From Tubiluchus corallicola (lineage: Eukaryota; Animalia; Priapulida): DNA of 64,000 bases. Below, in pieces: positions 38,801 through 51,328 of the stretch. Positions within the stretch are counted from its first letter, which is position 1, and every line of letters begins with the position of its first letter. The stretch lies in NCBI GenBank assembly GCA_030141605.1, contig JAQGDQ010000500.1, positions 63,307-127,306 on the forward strand, given 5' to 3'. The translations under genes and the position numbers were made by a program. A model generated the notes under the pieces. That model saw only the letters and a list, made by a program, of their open reading frames with translations, made no database searches and was not told the origin of the DNA.

Positions 38801-39399
38801 ATGAAGAGCTAGACAAAGGCGATGCATTGTTTATAAGCCATGTGCCGAAAGATGAACTACTCCATGACACAGATGACAATGAAGAACTAGACAAAGGAGA
38901 TGCGTTGTTTATAAGCCATGTGCCGGAAGATGAACTCCATCATGACACAGATGATGATGAAACGCTGCCTCATTCCAATTGCGACTCTGACGGTTTAAGC
39001 AATGCAGATGCTAACAGCAGGTTGTCGCAACACTCTGAAGGCTTATTAAGTGATGAAGTTTTTAACAACAAGTTTACACAAGAGTCTAAAAGCTCGAACC
39101 GTGTAACTAACCTGTCAGATCACGGCAACGGTTGTACTGACAAACTTGTACGGCAAAATAAGCATGTTGTGTTTGATAGTTGCTTGGATCAGCTATTGTG
39201 GCGACTGCGTTGTGACCAGTGTGAGAGCCCTGTTGATAGGGTTACTAAACAATGCTTCGGTTCCGCATTGACTGTCAAGATATTTTGCGTAAACAACCAC
39301 GAATTCTATTGGCAAAGCTTGCCGTTTTTGCAGCAACAGCCAGCTGGAGATCTGTTGTTGGCTGCGGCAACTTTGTACGCTGGATTCACTCGGTGGTAG
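32813..39399 (+). CDS. THAP-domain protein, probable truncated Kolobok-type transposase (exons 32813-33196 and 38272-39399, 503 aa)
   Basis: Exon 1 has a THAP domain (C-x4-C...W...CEDHF...AVPTVF) and a gtaagt donor. Exon 2 follows ttcacag in phase 0 and has CDQC...GSALTVKIFCVNNHEFYWQSLP...PAGDLLLAAATLYAG, which I recognise from Kolobok transposases. No DDE core; the ORF ends where a tandem array begins. Confidence 0.72.
33143..34616 (+). repeat. 80-bp minisatellite spanning the THAP exon-1 splice donor (19 donors)
   Basis: Unit = 54 nt exon-derived sequence + gtaagtgtatgggtcattctctacag. Confidence 0.95.
34695..35598. mobile_element. Foldback MITE (arms about 150 bp: 34695-34844 and 35443-35598) interrupted by a SINE3
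   Basis: aagactgatgttcttgtttaagtgctgccacct... is the reverse complement of ...aggtggcagcacttaaacaagaacatcagtctt. Confidence 0.8.
34863..35420 (+). mobile_element. 5S rRNA-derived SINE (SINE3), copy 3, near full length
   Basis: 5S head at about 34863-34973, then the shared body ending gactctcttggcgcacac...aaggatgccgacaacaac. Confidence 0.88.
36962..37417. repeat. Degenerate (GTT)n-rich microsatellite
   Basis: Seen directly; explains the poly-T/V/L ORFs. Confidence 0.9.
37612..38191. mobile_element. MITE with approximately 155-bp TIRs
   Basis: 37612-37769 is the reverse complement of 38031-38191 (...ctaagctgagataatccacgttgaagttgag). Confidence 0.8.
38416..38961 (+). repeat. Coding 78-bp minisatellite, 7 x ELDKGDALFISxxPxDELxHDTDDNE
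   Basis: Seven in-frame 26-aa units in ORF 38251-39399. Confidence 0.93.
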
Positions 39400-40110
39400 C
39401 GTGAAGTATTTTTCAAGCCTTGTACATTTAAAATACAGGGTGTTCGGAAAGTCACTGTGCATTTTTGTATTCTGGATTCACACAGTGGTGGCGTGAAGTA
39501 TTTTTCAAGCCTTGTACATTTAAAGTACAGGGTGTTCAGAAAGTCACTGTGCATTTTTGTATTCTGGATTCACTCAGTGGTAGCGTGAAGGATTTTTTAA
39601 ACATCCTGTACATTTAAAATACAGGGCGTTCCAAAAGTCATTGTGCATTTTTGTATTCTGGATTCACTCAGTGGTAGCGTGAAGGATTTTTTAAACACCC
39701 TGTACATTTAAAATACAGGGTGTTTGGAAAATCACTGTATATTTTTTGTATTCTGGATTCAGTCAGTGGTAGTGTGAAGTATTTTTCAAGCATTGTACAT
39801 TTAAAATACAGGGAGTTCGGAAAGTCACTGTGCATTTTTGGATTCTATATTCACTCTGTTGTAGTTTGAAGTATTTTTCAAATCTTGTACATTTAAAATA
39901 CAGGGTGTTCGGAAAGTCATTGTGCATTTTTGTATTCTGGATTCACTCAGTGGTAGCGTGAAGGATTTTTTTAAACACCCTGTACATTTAAAATACAGTG
40001 TGTTCGGAAAATCATTGTGCATTTTTGTATTCTGGATTCACTCAGTGGTAGTGTGAAGTATTTTTCAAATCTTGTACATTTAAAATACAGGGTGTTCGGA
40101 AAGGCATTGT
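39372..40110. repeat. Approximately 92-bp minisatellite, 8 units, joining transposase-derived sequence to a Tc1/mariner-type terminus
   Basis: Each unit: ctggattcac...gtacatttaaaa TA CAGGGTGTTCGGAAAGTCACTGTGCA. Confidence 0.9.
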
Positions 40111-40206
40111 GCATTTATATATTCATTAATAACCATGTTTCAATATTAAATACAAGAGGTAAATATGAATGACAATTATAAGCATTGTTGAAACTGACCC
40201 CCCCCT
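40088..40206. mobile_element. Tc1/mariner terminal fragment
   Basis: TA|CAGGGTGTTCGGAAAG... continues into unique sequence only after the last array unit. Confidence 0.6.
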
Positions 40207-41208
40207 TCAGTGGTGGCTAGTAGCTAAAATTAGTAGGGTGCTGCAAAATTAAACATTTTTAGCCATTGTTTTAATACTGTGTAAAACTAAACAAACACAT
40301 GTAATTAAATTTAGCAAACAGATTTATACATAACCTTGATAAACTCCTAATATTGTTTTCTTACGATTAGCCGAAATTGTCGCAGTTCAAGAATATGCCG
40401 ACAGACAGCTTTTAAGGAGAGAAATTGACAGTGAGGTTCTTTTCCTCAACCGTTGAATGACGTCATTGGTGGAAGAATCTGCGTTCAAAATCCAGTTCAA
40501 GCGTGAAACGGATTTTAAATTGACTTTACTTACTTATACGAGGCGTTTATTGCACTTTTATTACTAAATCCTTCTAACATCTTTCGTGAACATTGAAATA
40601 AATCCAACTTTCCAGAAAGTTTGACGTTTCCTTTAACAAAACTATCAGAATTGCGTCAGTATGTGGCAAAAGAGAATCGGTTTTCATCCGATTTCATTCT
40701 GTTGCTGCTGCAGTTTCCTTCCCTTGTTATTTTGGTGTAAGGCAGCTAGATGGCAGCACCTGCCAGCGTCTAAGCAGCGCTTTTATCATAATTCCAAGCA
40801 AATTTGTTTGCAGTACTATTGAAACATTTCTCAGTCATAGATTGCATAATAATGCATGTTTATCATGATCCCTATAAAACTTTGCTTTACTTTATATCTT
40901 CCATCTGTAAAAAGTTGGTTTCCTCTACACTAAGAAGACAAAATTACGCCAGTTATCAAATACATTCAAATAAGCATAAATGAATAAATATGCTTTCGGC
41001 ATGGGATTTGACAGCGAAAGCGAAACAATATTTTGTACTAATTATTTAACTAATTATAAATTAAGATATACAAATAAATACAAATTTGCTTGCTACAGAC
41101 TTCCAAATACTTCGTTCCTGCGTTGACAGAGAAATTAGACAAGAAGAAAGGGAAATAATTGGAGAGAGAGAGAAAGAAAGAAGGGAAAAAGATGGCAGAC
41201 AGAAAGTG

Positions 41209-41245
<37 letters not shown>

Positions 41246-41388
41246 GAGAGAGAGAGAGGCAGGGGGAGGAAGAGAGAGAGAAAGAGCCAGAGAGAGAGAG
41301 AGAGAGATTGAGATAAAGATAGATAGAGAGAGATAGAGAGTGAGACAGAGAGATATAATAACAATAATAATAATAATAATAATAATAA

Positions 41389-41990
41389 ATCTTTATTAAA
41401 GAAATGAACATATATACAAAAAGGTGCCTCTTTTTGCAGGCTCAGATCAACAATTTACATTTTCATATAACAAATATTTTAAATATTTCCAGTTTCACAC
41501 TATGTACAACGAATAACATATTATACTTAAATTAGATTTAATTTCAAATGATTCACAAGTATTATACACATCAATTAACTTTCCACACCTACATAATTTA
41601 TTTTTGTATACTGGAGCGGGTCTAAATTAATTATTACTTAGTATAAAATTATCTCTGATCAGGTTAGTAAAAGCCATTATTAAATTTTTATCAGATTGAA
41701 GCATAATATTTCGTGTATAATTGGCATCAGCTATTTCTATGAAACGCATTCTTTTTGTATTATCTACTTTATTGCATCTGAATAAAATGTGCTGAGGAGT
41801 TTGCTCTTCTTCTCCACATGGACATAAACTAGTATCACAAATATTAAGTCTATACAAAAAGCTGTTAAAATTCCCCTGGCCAGTTAAAAAAGACATGGCA
41901 ATGGATTCTATTTTCCTTTCATTATTTCCAAGCGGCAAATTCAAGGGTTTACATTTTATATTCTGCATTTCAACATTTTCTCATCGAAAT
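41389..41990 (-). mobile_element. LINE 3' end with CCHC zinc knuckle and (TAT)n tail
   Basis: FLTGQGNFNSFLYRL..CPCGEEEQTPQHILFRC; AATAAAGATT followed by (TAT)n at about 41356-41396 on the minus strand. Confidence 0.8.
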
Positions 41991-43089
41991 TGCATAACAT
42001 GCCTATATTTATTTGACCAGGTACAAGAAACATAATCCATAATTTGACGTTTAGTTTAATTTCTATTATAGTTTGATATTATAGTGCAGTTTGCTGTAGA
42101 TACATTTGGTTAAATTACTATTTTTTTGTACCATCGATTACATGCTTTATTTTTCTTATGTATTTTTTAAATTAGATATTCCATTTGGTTAAATTAGTAT
42201 TTCTTTTTCACCATGAATTCCATTAAGCAATTTGTAAATTTGGTATTGATGTTGTCATACTTGAATTTAAATCATGAATCATTTATTGTCATTTGTATTA
42301 TGCTCTTCTGTAGTATACCTATTATGTTTTTAATATCTGCTGTTATAGTGACAATAACAACTTCCTTGTCAGTTCAATTAGCAAAGCGACCAGGCACAAG
42401 ATGAAATATTTCGTTAAATCCTTTTTGTAAATAGATCATCATTTTGTCAATAAACTATTGTGATATATTTGAACAAAATCAGCGGTTTGCAATAATTTCA
42501 ATTCAAAATTCGAATTTCTTAAATCCATTTTTGAAATGTTTAAAATTGCCTACGTATGCAAAATATCAAATTTATTTAACGTAATGTCAATTTAGAATGA
42601 AACGCGAAGAGTACATACATCTGTCAGTGTTAGGCAAATAAAAAAAAATAAAAAAAAAATTTGAATCATGATTATAAGAATTGGGTGCAAATATCATCAA
42701 TTTAATGATGGCTGTTAGAGAATGAACAGAGATGAACTAAAGTAGTGTATTATAGTTGTACAGAAAATTAATATCTGAAAGAAAATTTTTTACTGAATAT
42801 GGTACCCACACGTAGCTAGAACAATAACATATATATCTAAGGTTTTTTTCCCAGAGTAATGAATATTACTTTCGTTACTTTGACAAAGGTTTACAACACG
42901 CCGTCATGTAGTTCCAAGTGAAGTAAGATCATGTCACACAAAATAGATGAGAATATCCTCTTTGTACACGGTTTTTTGTTTATAAAGTGCACATTTGAAG
43001 CAAGGTGGCAGTAGTGCTGCACAAAGTTGATCATCTTTACTATGCAATGACCTCTTCAGTCGTCTAACTATTAATTACTTTTTGCAAAT

Positions 43090-43330
43090 TTACTGTGAGT
43101 TGTTGACACATTTCAGTCGATGATTGCAGAGACCTTTGCGAACAGAGCAAGATCTTCCAAGGTTAGTGCACTGAAATGCTGAAGCATCTTTGGTACGATT
43201 CTTTCTTCTTTGATGCTTCTCTTCCCATAGTAGCTGAAGCCTATCTTCATTGTGTTTCACCCCATCAAACACTGGCATCCGCCAAGTTTCCCTGTCTGAA
43301 GTTGCTGTTTGCAGTTTTTGGCAGTTACGC
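43090..43330 (-). mobile_element. RTE-clade LINE 3' fragment (also at about 52172-52415 and 59078-59320)
   Basis: DRETWR...EEKHQRRKNR...FQCTNLGRSCSVRKGLCNHRLKC is a degenerate RTE C-terminal zinc finger. Confidence 0.75.
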
Positions 43331-44859
43331 ACTTTGAACGACAGAAATTTTTCTTTAGTATGACTTAAGACATCTGATATGGTAGTTCCATTGATAGGCT
43401 TCCTTGTTTCGGTTTAGTTACTGTTACTTTCTACAATCATTACAGTTTTAATTAGACAAAATCAGACAATTCATAAAATTAGTTCTCATTATCTATTTAG
43501 CTGTTTTTTATTTATTCATTTGTGTCTGACTTACTAGTAACAATTGTTCAAATTTCTGACATGTGTCTGGAAAAGAATCGGAAATGTTTGTCTATGCACA
43601 CATTCAATTTGGCCATAATAATGCGGTTCAATATTCCAACGAAGTGAACAAAAATGTAAACCCAAGCGTCAAAAATAATGGAATTGTAGTTTAAAAAGTT
43701 GAACAAACCTGGAAATATGTCTTTATATACAGTGTGTAGAAATCAGAGCTGATGGTATTGAAACTTTACAAATGCGGTGCTTTATTGAAACTATCATAAA
43801 ATATTTTGAAATCTGGTGAGTAGATTATAATGTAATTTTACATTTTGTTAATATAAGTCACCTTAGAGATAAGTATACATTTATCGCTTAGTTTAGAATA
43901 CTATTATTGTAGCATTAAGTTTTATTGAAACTGAAATACTATAAAACATTTTAAAATGTGGAGACTAAATTATAATTATAAATTTGTCATTTTTTTAAAT
44001 GTAAACATCCCTAAAGATAGGCATATTGTTTAACTCTCGGTTTAGAATATTGATATTGTGTGAGTCGTCACAATTAAAATGAAACTGAAATAACAGAACA
44101 GATGGCCCAGTTTATCCTGGTGATTTCCCACATTGCCTGGAGCAAAAAGTGAAAAAATAGCAGATGACAATTCGCCGTGCTTGTAAATTCGGATAATACC
44201 TCTTGCTTGACAACAGTTACGCGTGAGATACTTTCGAAAAATAATATCTAAGCTTCAGATGCCGACCATAAAATCGATGATCATGACTACGTGTTCAAAA
44301 GTTGTGACAAAATAAAAATTACTTTGTCAAGGTGGTCACTGGATGTGTTGTAGTGGCAATGAATGAAACAAACAGAAAATTTATTCCTGTTCATTAACTG
44401 AAATCAGGCTGTTTCCGAATTTCGGTGCATCCCTCCTATGTTTAGATTTCTAGTAACCAGAGAGCTCTGGGGTAGTTTTTTTTGTTTTTAATTTGTGCCA
44501 AGACGTGACTGGAAAGAATTTTGTTGATCCAATTCAAAAGTGCTCATATCAGTTGGAAGAATGTAAATTTGATTGTGTTTATTGCAAAAATTTACATTTT
44601 TTCTGTGTAGATTTAATATTATAAAAACAAGAAAACAGATTAGAATGTCGTGATAATTATTATGACAAAAGGATAGTATAATGTTCACATCTTGATTAAT
44701 ATGCTTTTAGATCATTCCTGTAATAAAGTCGCATGTTACGTATTGCAAGTATTGCGTGGGCGTGATGGCGGTCTTAGAATTTAATTATAATATCATAATC
44801 ACAAGGTTTTTATTATTTTAGCAACCAAAACTTAGAGAGATATTAGTTGAATATTCAAA

Positions 44860-47800
44860 ATGAGGTCATACCATACACTGCTGCATTTGATTGTTTTCCT
44901 GTTCATTAACTGTAAGTAAAAACAAACAATTATTTCTTAATGCCAGAGATATTTTTAGTCTACAGTAATGCAAGGAAAATTAGTTATATTATTTACCAGT
45001 TTCTCAGAAACATTGTATTTCAGTGCACAATTCTTATTGATAATTTAAACTCTAAACATTTGATTTGTTGCAATTACCATAATACTACATGGTTCCACAT
45101 ATTTTCCCTCCTCCTTGAAGTATTATGTGTAGTTATAAGATACTTGAGAGGATAATTTAAATGCCAAATACCCGTCTTGGAAAGCTTATTTTGTGTTAGC
45201 ACACCACAAACAGTTTCATTAGAAGCAATTAAACTCAAATGTCGTCAACACTACACACAAACAACTGCAAATCATTCATTCTACAACGACACACACATAC
45301 AAAATTAACACCAACAGAAAAAGGTCATCAGGTGAAATTCAGATTTCTGTTCCTACTCACTATCTTCAACCTCTGTTCAACTCAATGGATGAAATACAAG
45401 AACTATGCAGTTAAAATCAGCACCTAATCAATTATACCATTTTCCTCCTAAGCAAAATTACGTTGTTGGCAGGTTTGTGCTCGACGCTCATGGCAACAGT
45501 TGCTCTTCGTTGATGCAATGCCTGTTAAACTCTCATTCTAATTTATCTTTTTTTCAATTTCTTTTTATTAAATTCCTTATGTATGTAAAGCTTCTCATAT
45601 TTTTACCAAAACCTTGTGAAAGTTTTAAAGTTTAATTGTGTTTCATTAACTATGAAAATAAAATTAATTGCTACTAATACTATGCAATTATTAAGTTTAA
45701 TTACTATTTTAGACATACATAGTTCACTGCAGATAGTGGTCATATGCTTGCTACTGCAGCAGAGAATGTGAACCGACAAAGTAATGCTGTCACACTGTAC
45801 ACATGTTACTTATATGTACAATTTATATGACATACCTGTTTACATTTATATATATTGTACTGCAGGGCTGTGATGAAATAGTGTAATACTGGCAGGGGAA
45901 TACAGCAGACTTCTCAGGTGTGCGTGTGAACGTGGCTTTAACTAGCACCTAGACTCTTATTCTGACCTTGTGTTAGTGGGAGCCACTAGTCACGTGCACA
46001 CCTGAGCTTATAAAAAGGGTAGGTCTGCTGTAGATCCTTGTCAGTGGTCATCTCATCTCAGCTCTGTTCACACTTCAGGCTTTGCTCTATTCGGTAACCT
46101 TTTTGGAATATTTTTTTTGGTAATAAATTGTCATTTTTATTTTATTGTTCATTTTGGTTTTTGGTTTTGGCATCGACCTACTTGAGACATGCCGCACGGT
46201 GTAGGTCGCGGTGCCATCCGTTCTGCCTCCATTAAAAGTGGAGAGCAGTCCATTATATATATATTATGTATGCATAATCATATATCTGTATATGCTCACT
46301 TGGTTATAATATTCTATTTTTCAATTCAGTTGATTCATTACACATATTAGTCGTAGCAGCAAAATCTAAATTTCTTATATTTAAATTTGTATTTTTTACA
46401 GATGTACGAAGTGAATTACAATATTTTGAACAAGAACCTGAAGATGTTGCTACTCTTCCTGGAGAAAACGTTGTGGTACAGTGTGTAGTAAAAAGCGAGG
46501 TTCCACTAGGATATCAGTTTTTTTGGTTGCTTAACGACCAGATCATTGATGCAAACGTGGATGATAACTATACTTTTATTAACAGTAATCCTTATAAGAC
46601 TAGAAACTGGAGTATAAAGATTAAAGATGTAAACTTAGATCAACGTGATGGTTCCTATCACTGCCGAGTGAATGTTTTTGGTGAAGGAGGAGGAAATGAT
46701 GAGTCAAACAAAGGAAATGTAACTGTTGTTGGTGAGTCAGTATTTTTAATTACCACTTTTCAATTTTTTAAATAAATCAGTAATTATACAAGTTGACATT
46801 AATCTGTACAATATGATGTATTGTAATTACATTTACATTTACATATGATATGTTCAGATTTGATTTCCGCATATTAGATAATAAGAGTTTGTAAGTTTTA
46901 CAGGAGGAAGTTAAAGTATGAATTGTCACAGTTTTGTAACACAACACCTGCTGTGATGCAGCTGCAGTTGATGATGATATAGAATCAGGTTTTGCATTCT
47001 TGTTTATATTGTTCATTAGTACTATTTTCCAAAAAGTTTTAACTTTTAAAGTAGATGCTTCATTTGTTAGTTTTTGTCTTTATCAATTTTTGTTGTAAAA
47101 TTTAAGATGTGAGTAAAGTTTAGAGGTTCATTAACCTGGAAAATAAAATTTATTACTAGTTTAAACAAATGTAATTCACTGCGTTAGTGACCACATGCCT
47201 ACTAGTAGCAAATGCTGACAAGACAATGCTGTCACACTGTATATACGTCACTTATGTGTACAAGTTGTAGAAGTTGAGATAAAGTATGAAATATCATAGA
47301 GAGTAGTGACACAATAGGTGCCCTGATGCATATTATTTTTTATTTACCATCTATCACACATTATATGATTTGATAATAAAGATTAGTCCAAGGCCAAGAG
47401 TAGAAATGACCAGTTTTTACCCATATAGAGTAAGAGACAGTGACAGCGGCAAACAACTCTGCAATAGTATTGAGTCAATGGAAAGCTGCCATTATTATGG
47501 AGCAGGTCCTGAGTGCTCTTCATTGGCATTCAGTCCTTATCTATTTAGACAACATCATAGTCTATGGCTGAACTGTTGAGAGTACCTCTTCCGCTTCCAG
47601 GAAGCCCTCGTGCACCTAGAAAAAGCTGAGCTGAAATGAAATGCTAAAAAATGTCTTCTCACACAGAAAGAAGTTACTTACCTTTATTACATTGTTTCTT
47701 CTGATAGTGTCAAGACTGATCTTACTAAAACTGAAGCAGTTTATAATTGGCCCCAACATCAAAACATGAAGCAACTTTCGCAGACTGTGTACTTACTATA

Positions 47801-50800
47801 GGCACTTTTTTGCATCACATCACATCAGATTGCATGACTTCACTTCACATCACTTCACATCACTTTACATCACATCACATCACATTGCATCATATTATAT
47901 TACATAATATTATTTAGTACCAGCCTAGTATTTTCGCTACTAATTCCACTTCCCTTCTCACTGTCTTTGTGTCTCCTCTAGAAACTCTTTAGCCATTGCT
48001 CATGAGACTAGACCTGAAACAAGATTACACTGTGATTATTCAGCTATTTTGCTTTTCTCTGGACGCTTTTTTCTTTTCCTTTTGTATTTATTTTCTTTAT
48101 TTATCCTAATTCATATTTTAGCAAGGGGTATTTGATTTAGTTTTCATTATTTATTCACTTAATTGTAACTTAATTAATTCTTTCATATCTGACTTTTGTG
48201 TATAATATAGTAACTGTTGTGTAGAAACGTTATCTCTGACGTGTATCTAGGAAATATTTGAAAATGTGTTTGTGAACTAATTTAAAGTCATAATTATAAT
48301 AGTTCCAGCAACTATCAGTATGCTGCTGAATGATGTGCCACATGTGAAACCCTCCATTACAGTTGAAGTAGAAGACATCTCTAATCAGCTCAAATGTGAA
48401 GCCATAAGCAACTGCAAAGTTCTGCCAACCATAAGTTGGTTTATTGGTAATATCTTTCTAATTATTATTTACTTTAATGATCTATGTAACTTAATCTGTT
48501 TCGATATAAATTAATCATATAATATCATCATCTTCATCATCACCACCTGACTAAGTTACTGCCTACATCAACACACACACCATGCCAGCTTTTATCCAAT
48601 CCTTGTCACCAGAACCACCACTACTACAGTAGCCTTTACTTAAACTATATTAAAATATTTTTAAATAGATTATTGTTGACATAAAGAAAATATTAGGTGT
48701 GCGTTCGGTGCATTAAGTCAAAAACCTATTTATACTCCACATATTTTCTTGTTATCATCAGGTTATAATTTATATTACATGCAGGTTCAGCTCCTGTCAA
48801 CTCTCATTCAGAAACTATGCTGGATCTAAACACCAATTTTACTAATGTTGTGAGCACAATGGATGATTATTCATTTAAACCTGAAGACAATGGAAAGCAG
48901 CTGACCTGTCAGGTTTTTATACATGACATTTTGTCAAAACAGTTTATTAACAAGACACTAAATGTACAATGTAAGTTGAATTTTTATTTATCTATCTTAC
49001 TGCTAGATGTAAGTAAAATTTTCAGACAGAGTGTCCATGTTACAACAACCACATTAGGAACACGTTTTAAACACTGTGTATTGAAGAAGTGTATGTAGCA
49101 TGCTGCAAATGACCTTGATGGGTCTGGGTCTTTTAGGATGAAAAAGTGAAGTAAAATTGAACAATAAATAAAAGTAACATTAAAATCAAAATTATTGTTA
49201 ATGATGTTGCAAATCCACAATTTTTTAGTTTTGATGCCCAGGCTTTTCTTTTTTCTTTGACTATCTTTCTCTTTACCCTCTTTCCCTGTATCTCTCCTTC
49301 TGTCTTGTCTTGCATCCTGCTATATAAGGAGATACGTTTTTGATACAGATATCAAATCAGTTACCGTGAAATTGCCTAACGGAGATGATACTAAGATTAC
49401 AGTTGGCAGTGGCTTTGAGCTGATTTGTGATGCAAGTGGAAACCCAGAACCTTCTTATCAGTGGAGTGGTCCTAATTTGTCAAGTGGAAACACCGGCAAA
49501 AAAGTTACGAAGAAAAAAGCTGAATTAGTTGATGGAGGGACCTACACTTGTACAGCTAGGAATGTTGTTGGAGAGAGAAAAGGCAGCTTAACTATAAAAA
49601 TTGTAAAAGAGGGTGACAAGGAAGAAAGCGGTGATAAAGAAAATGGTGGTGGGGGATCTGGAGATGGGGATAATGGTAAGTGCATTGATTAAGAACCTAA
49701 GAGAATTAACCTTGCAAAAAAACAAAAATGGTTGTTAGTTATGAAATAGTTTTGTTTCTGTTACCGGAGTGTCGTACATTTTCATTTGCGATTGATGATT
49801 GAAAGTAGTACTACCAATAATTAAACATGTGCTGGCACCTACATTTAAGATTGTTCACTATTGTAGCTTAATTTAAGTTTAATGAAGAGTGATAGAGTGA
49901 GATTGAATTATTTTATATTAATTAATTAATTAATTATGCACATCATGTGATCAATAAGCTCAACAAATTGTTTAACATTAAGTCCGTGCTTATACAATGT
50001 TGTAATATTAAGCACACTTGTTGTAATTAATGGTCAATGACATCAGCTGCCCTTTTTCCTAGAATCAATGTTAACAGCTGCGTCAGGGCAATGATTTCCT
50101 AGAAAGAGCAATGACCAGCTGCACACAGTTCTTAGAAACTGTTACAGGGCAATGAATCACTGTGCTCATTTCCCTATTTCCTGGAAACAGTAATGACCAG
50201 ATGTGCTCATTTCACTATTTCCTGGAAACAGTAATGACCAGATGTGCTCATTTCCCTATTTCCTGGTAACAGTAATGACCAGATGTGCTCATTTCCCTAT
50301 TTCCTGGATACACTTATGACCAGATGTGCTCATTTCCGTATGTCCTGGATACAGTTATGACCAGATGTGCTCATTTCCGTAATTCCTGGAAACAGTAATG
50401 ACCAGATGTGCTCATTTCCCTACTTCCTGGTAACAGTAATGACCAGATGTGCTCATTTCCCTATTTCCTGGATACAGTTATGACCAGATGTGCTCATTTC
50501 CGTAATTCCTGGTAACAGTAATGACCAGATGTGCTCATTTCTCTACTTCCTGAAAACAGCAATAACCAGATGTGCTCATTTCTCTACTTCCTGAAAACAG
50601 CAATAACCAGATGTGCTCATTTCTCTACTTCCTGGATACAGTAATGACCAGATGTGCTATTTCCTTATTTTCTGGATACAGCAATGACCGGTTGTGCTGA
50701 CTTCCTTGAAATAGCCATTAACACCTGCATCCAGTTCTTGGAAATAGTCGCATAAGGGCAACGACTCACTTCTAGGAAACACCCTAGCAGCTGCATAGTC

Positions 50801-51328
50801 CTGCCTATACAGCCAATCAGCAACAAAATGCTCTGACCAATAAGACTCAAGCTGACCACTGACCAGAACTTGGTTGACAGTATTCCTTTCAGATTATTAC
50901 AAATTTTTTAAATTTTTTTAATCAAAGAGAGAACGAATGATGTTACGTAAAGTATTTCAAAGAATTTTTTGATAGATCATGACCGTAATAATATGTTGAT
51001 AATGCAAAGAATTTTAACCTTGTAATTAAAATTAGCTTCGATGTATATTGATTATTAATGGTGTACTTGTCCTGGGACTTACATTTTAAGTTTATTGATT
51101 CTAGCCCTATGCATTTGGGAGTTAAGAAGAATTAAATAGTTGAAAATTGAATGCCTAACATCATGATGAAAAACCAGCATAAGGGCTGCAGCTCCTACAT
51201 CTATGACTTTAGTCACAAGCATTAACATTCTTGATTTTGTTTCAGGGCAAAATGGTTGCAATTTTCCGAGAGAGAACTTGTTTGGACACGTTGTTATTCT
51301 CACCGTTATTGTTTATTTTGTTAGATGA
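44860..51328 (+). CDS. GPI-anchored 3-Ig cell-surface protein, copy A (signal-V-C2-I-GPI; Kirrel/nectin-like), 373 aa
   Basis: Exons 44860-44911 (MRSYHTLLHLIVFLFIN), 46402-46731, 48303-48446, 48785-48970, 49349-49675, 51246-51328; all phase 1, GT/AG, open. Ig motifs C..W..DGSYHC, EDNGKQLTC, CDASGNPEPSYQW..DGGTYTC; C-terminus NGCNFPRENLFGHVVILTVIVYFVR* fits a GPI signal. Confidence 0.88.
45856..46257 (+). mobile_element. Probable solo LTR upstream of the V exon of copy A (also 61875-62277 in copy C)
   Basis: TG start, TATAAAAA, AATAAA, end cattata (CA>TA), flanked by tatat on both sides. Confidence 0.6.
47590..47810 (+). mobile_element. Gypsy reverse transcriptase fragment (also about 63610-63830)
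   Basis: LEKAELKLNVKKCLLTQKEVTYLYYIVSSDSVKTDLTKTEAVYNWPQHQN matches the Gypsy RT C-terminal pattern. Confidence 0.8.
50150..50700. repeat. 41-bp intronic minisatellite (about 13 units in copy A; about 8 units at 57283-57630 in copy B)
   Basis: Unit atgaccagatgtgctcatttccctatttcctggaaacagta. Confidence 0.92.

Noticed and set aside
43772-43815. MRCFIETIIKYFEI as the first coding exon of the Ig gene
   Set aside because: Phase-2 donor; splicing to 44822 hits a stop before the signal-peptide ATG, so it is at most a 5'-UTR exon with a uORF.
46732-47000. V(D)J-type recombination signals near the V exons
   Set aside because: No CACAGTG plus nonamer with a 12/23 spacer seen; each V exon is complete and has its own splice sites.
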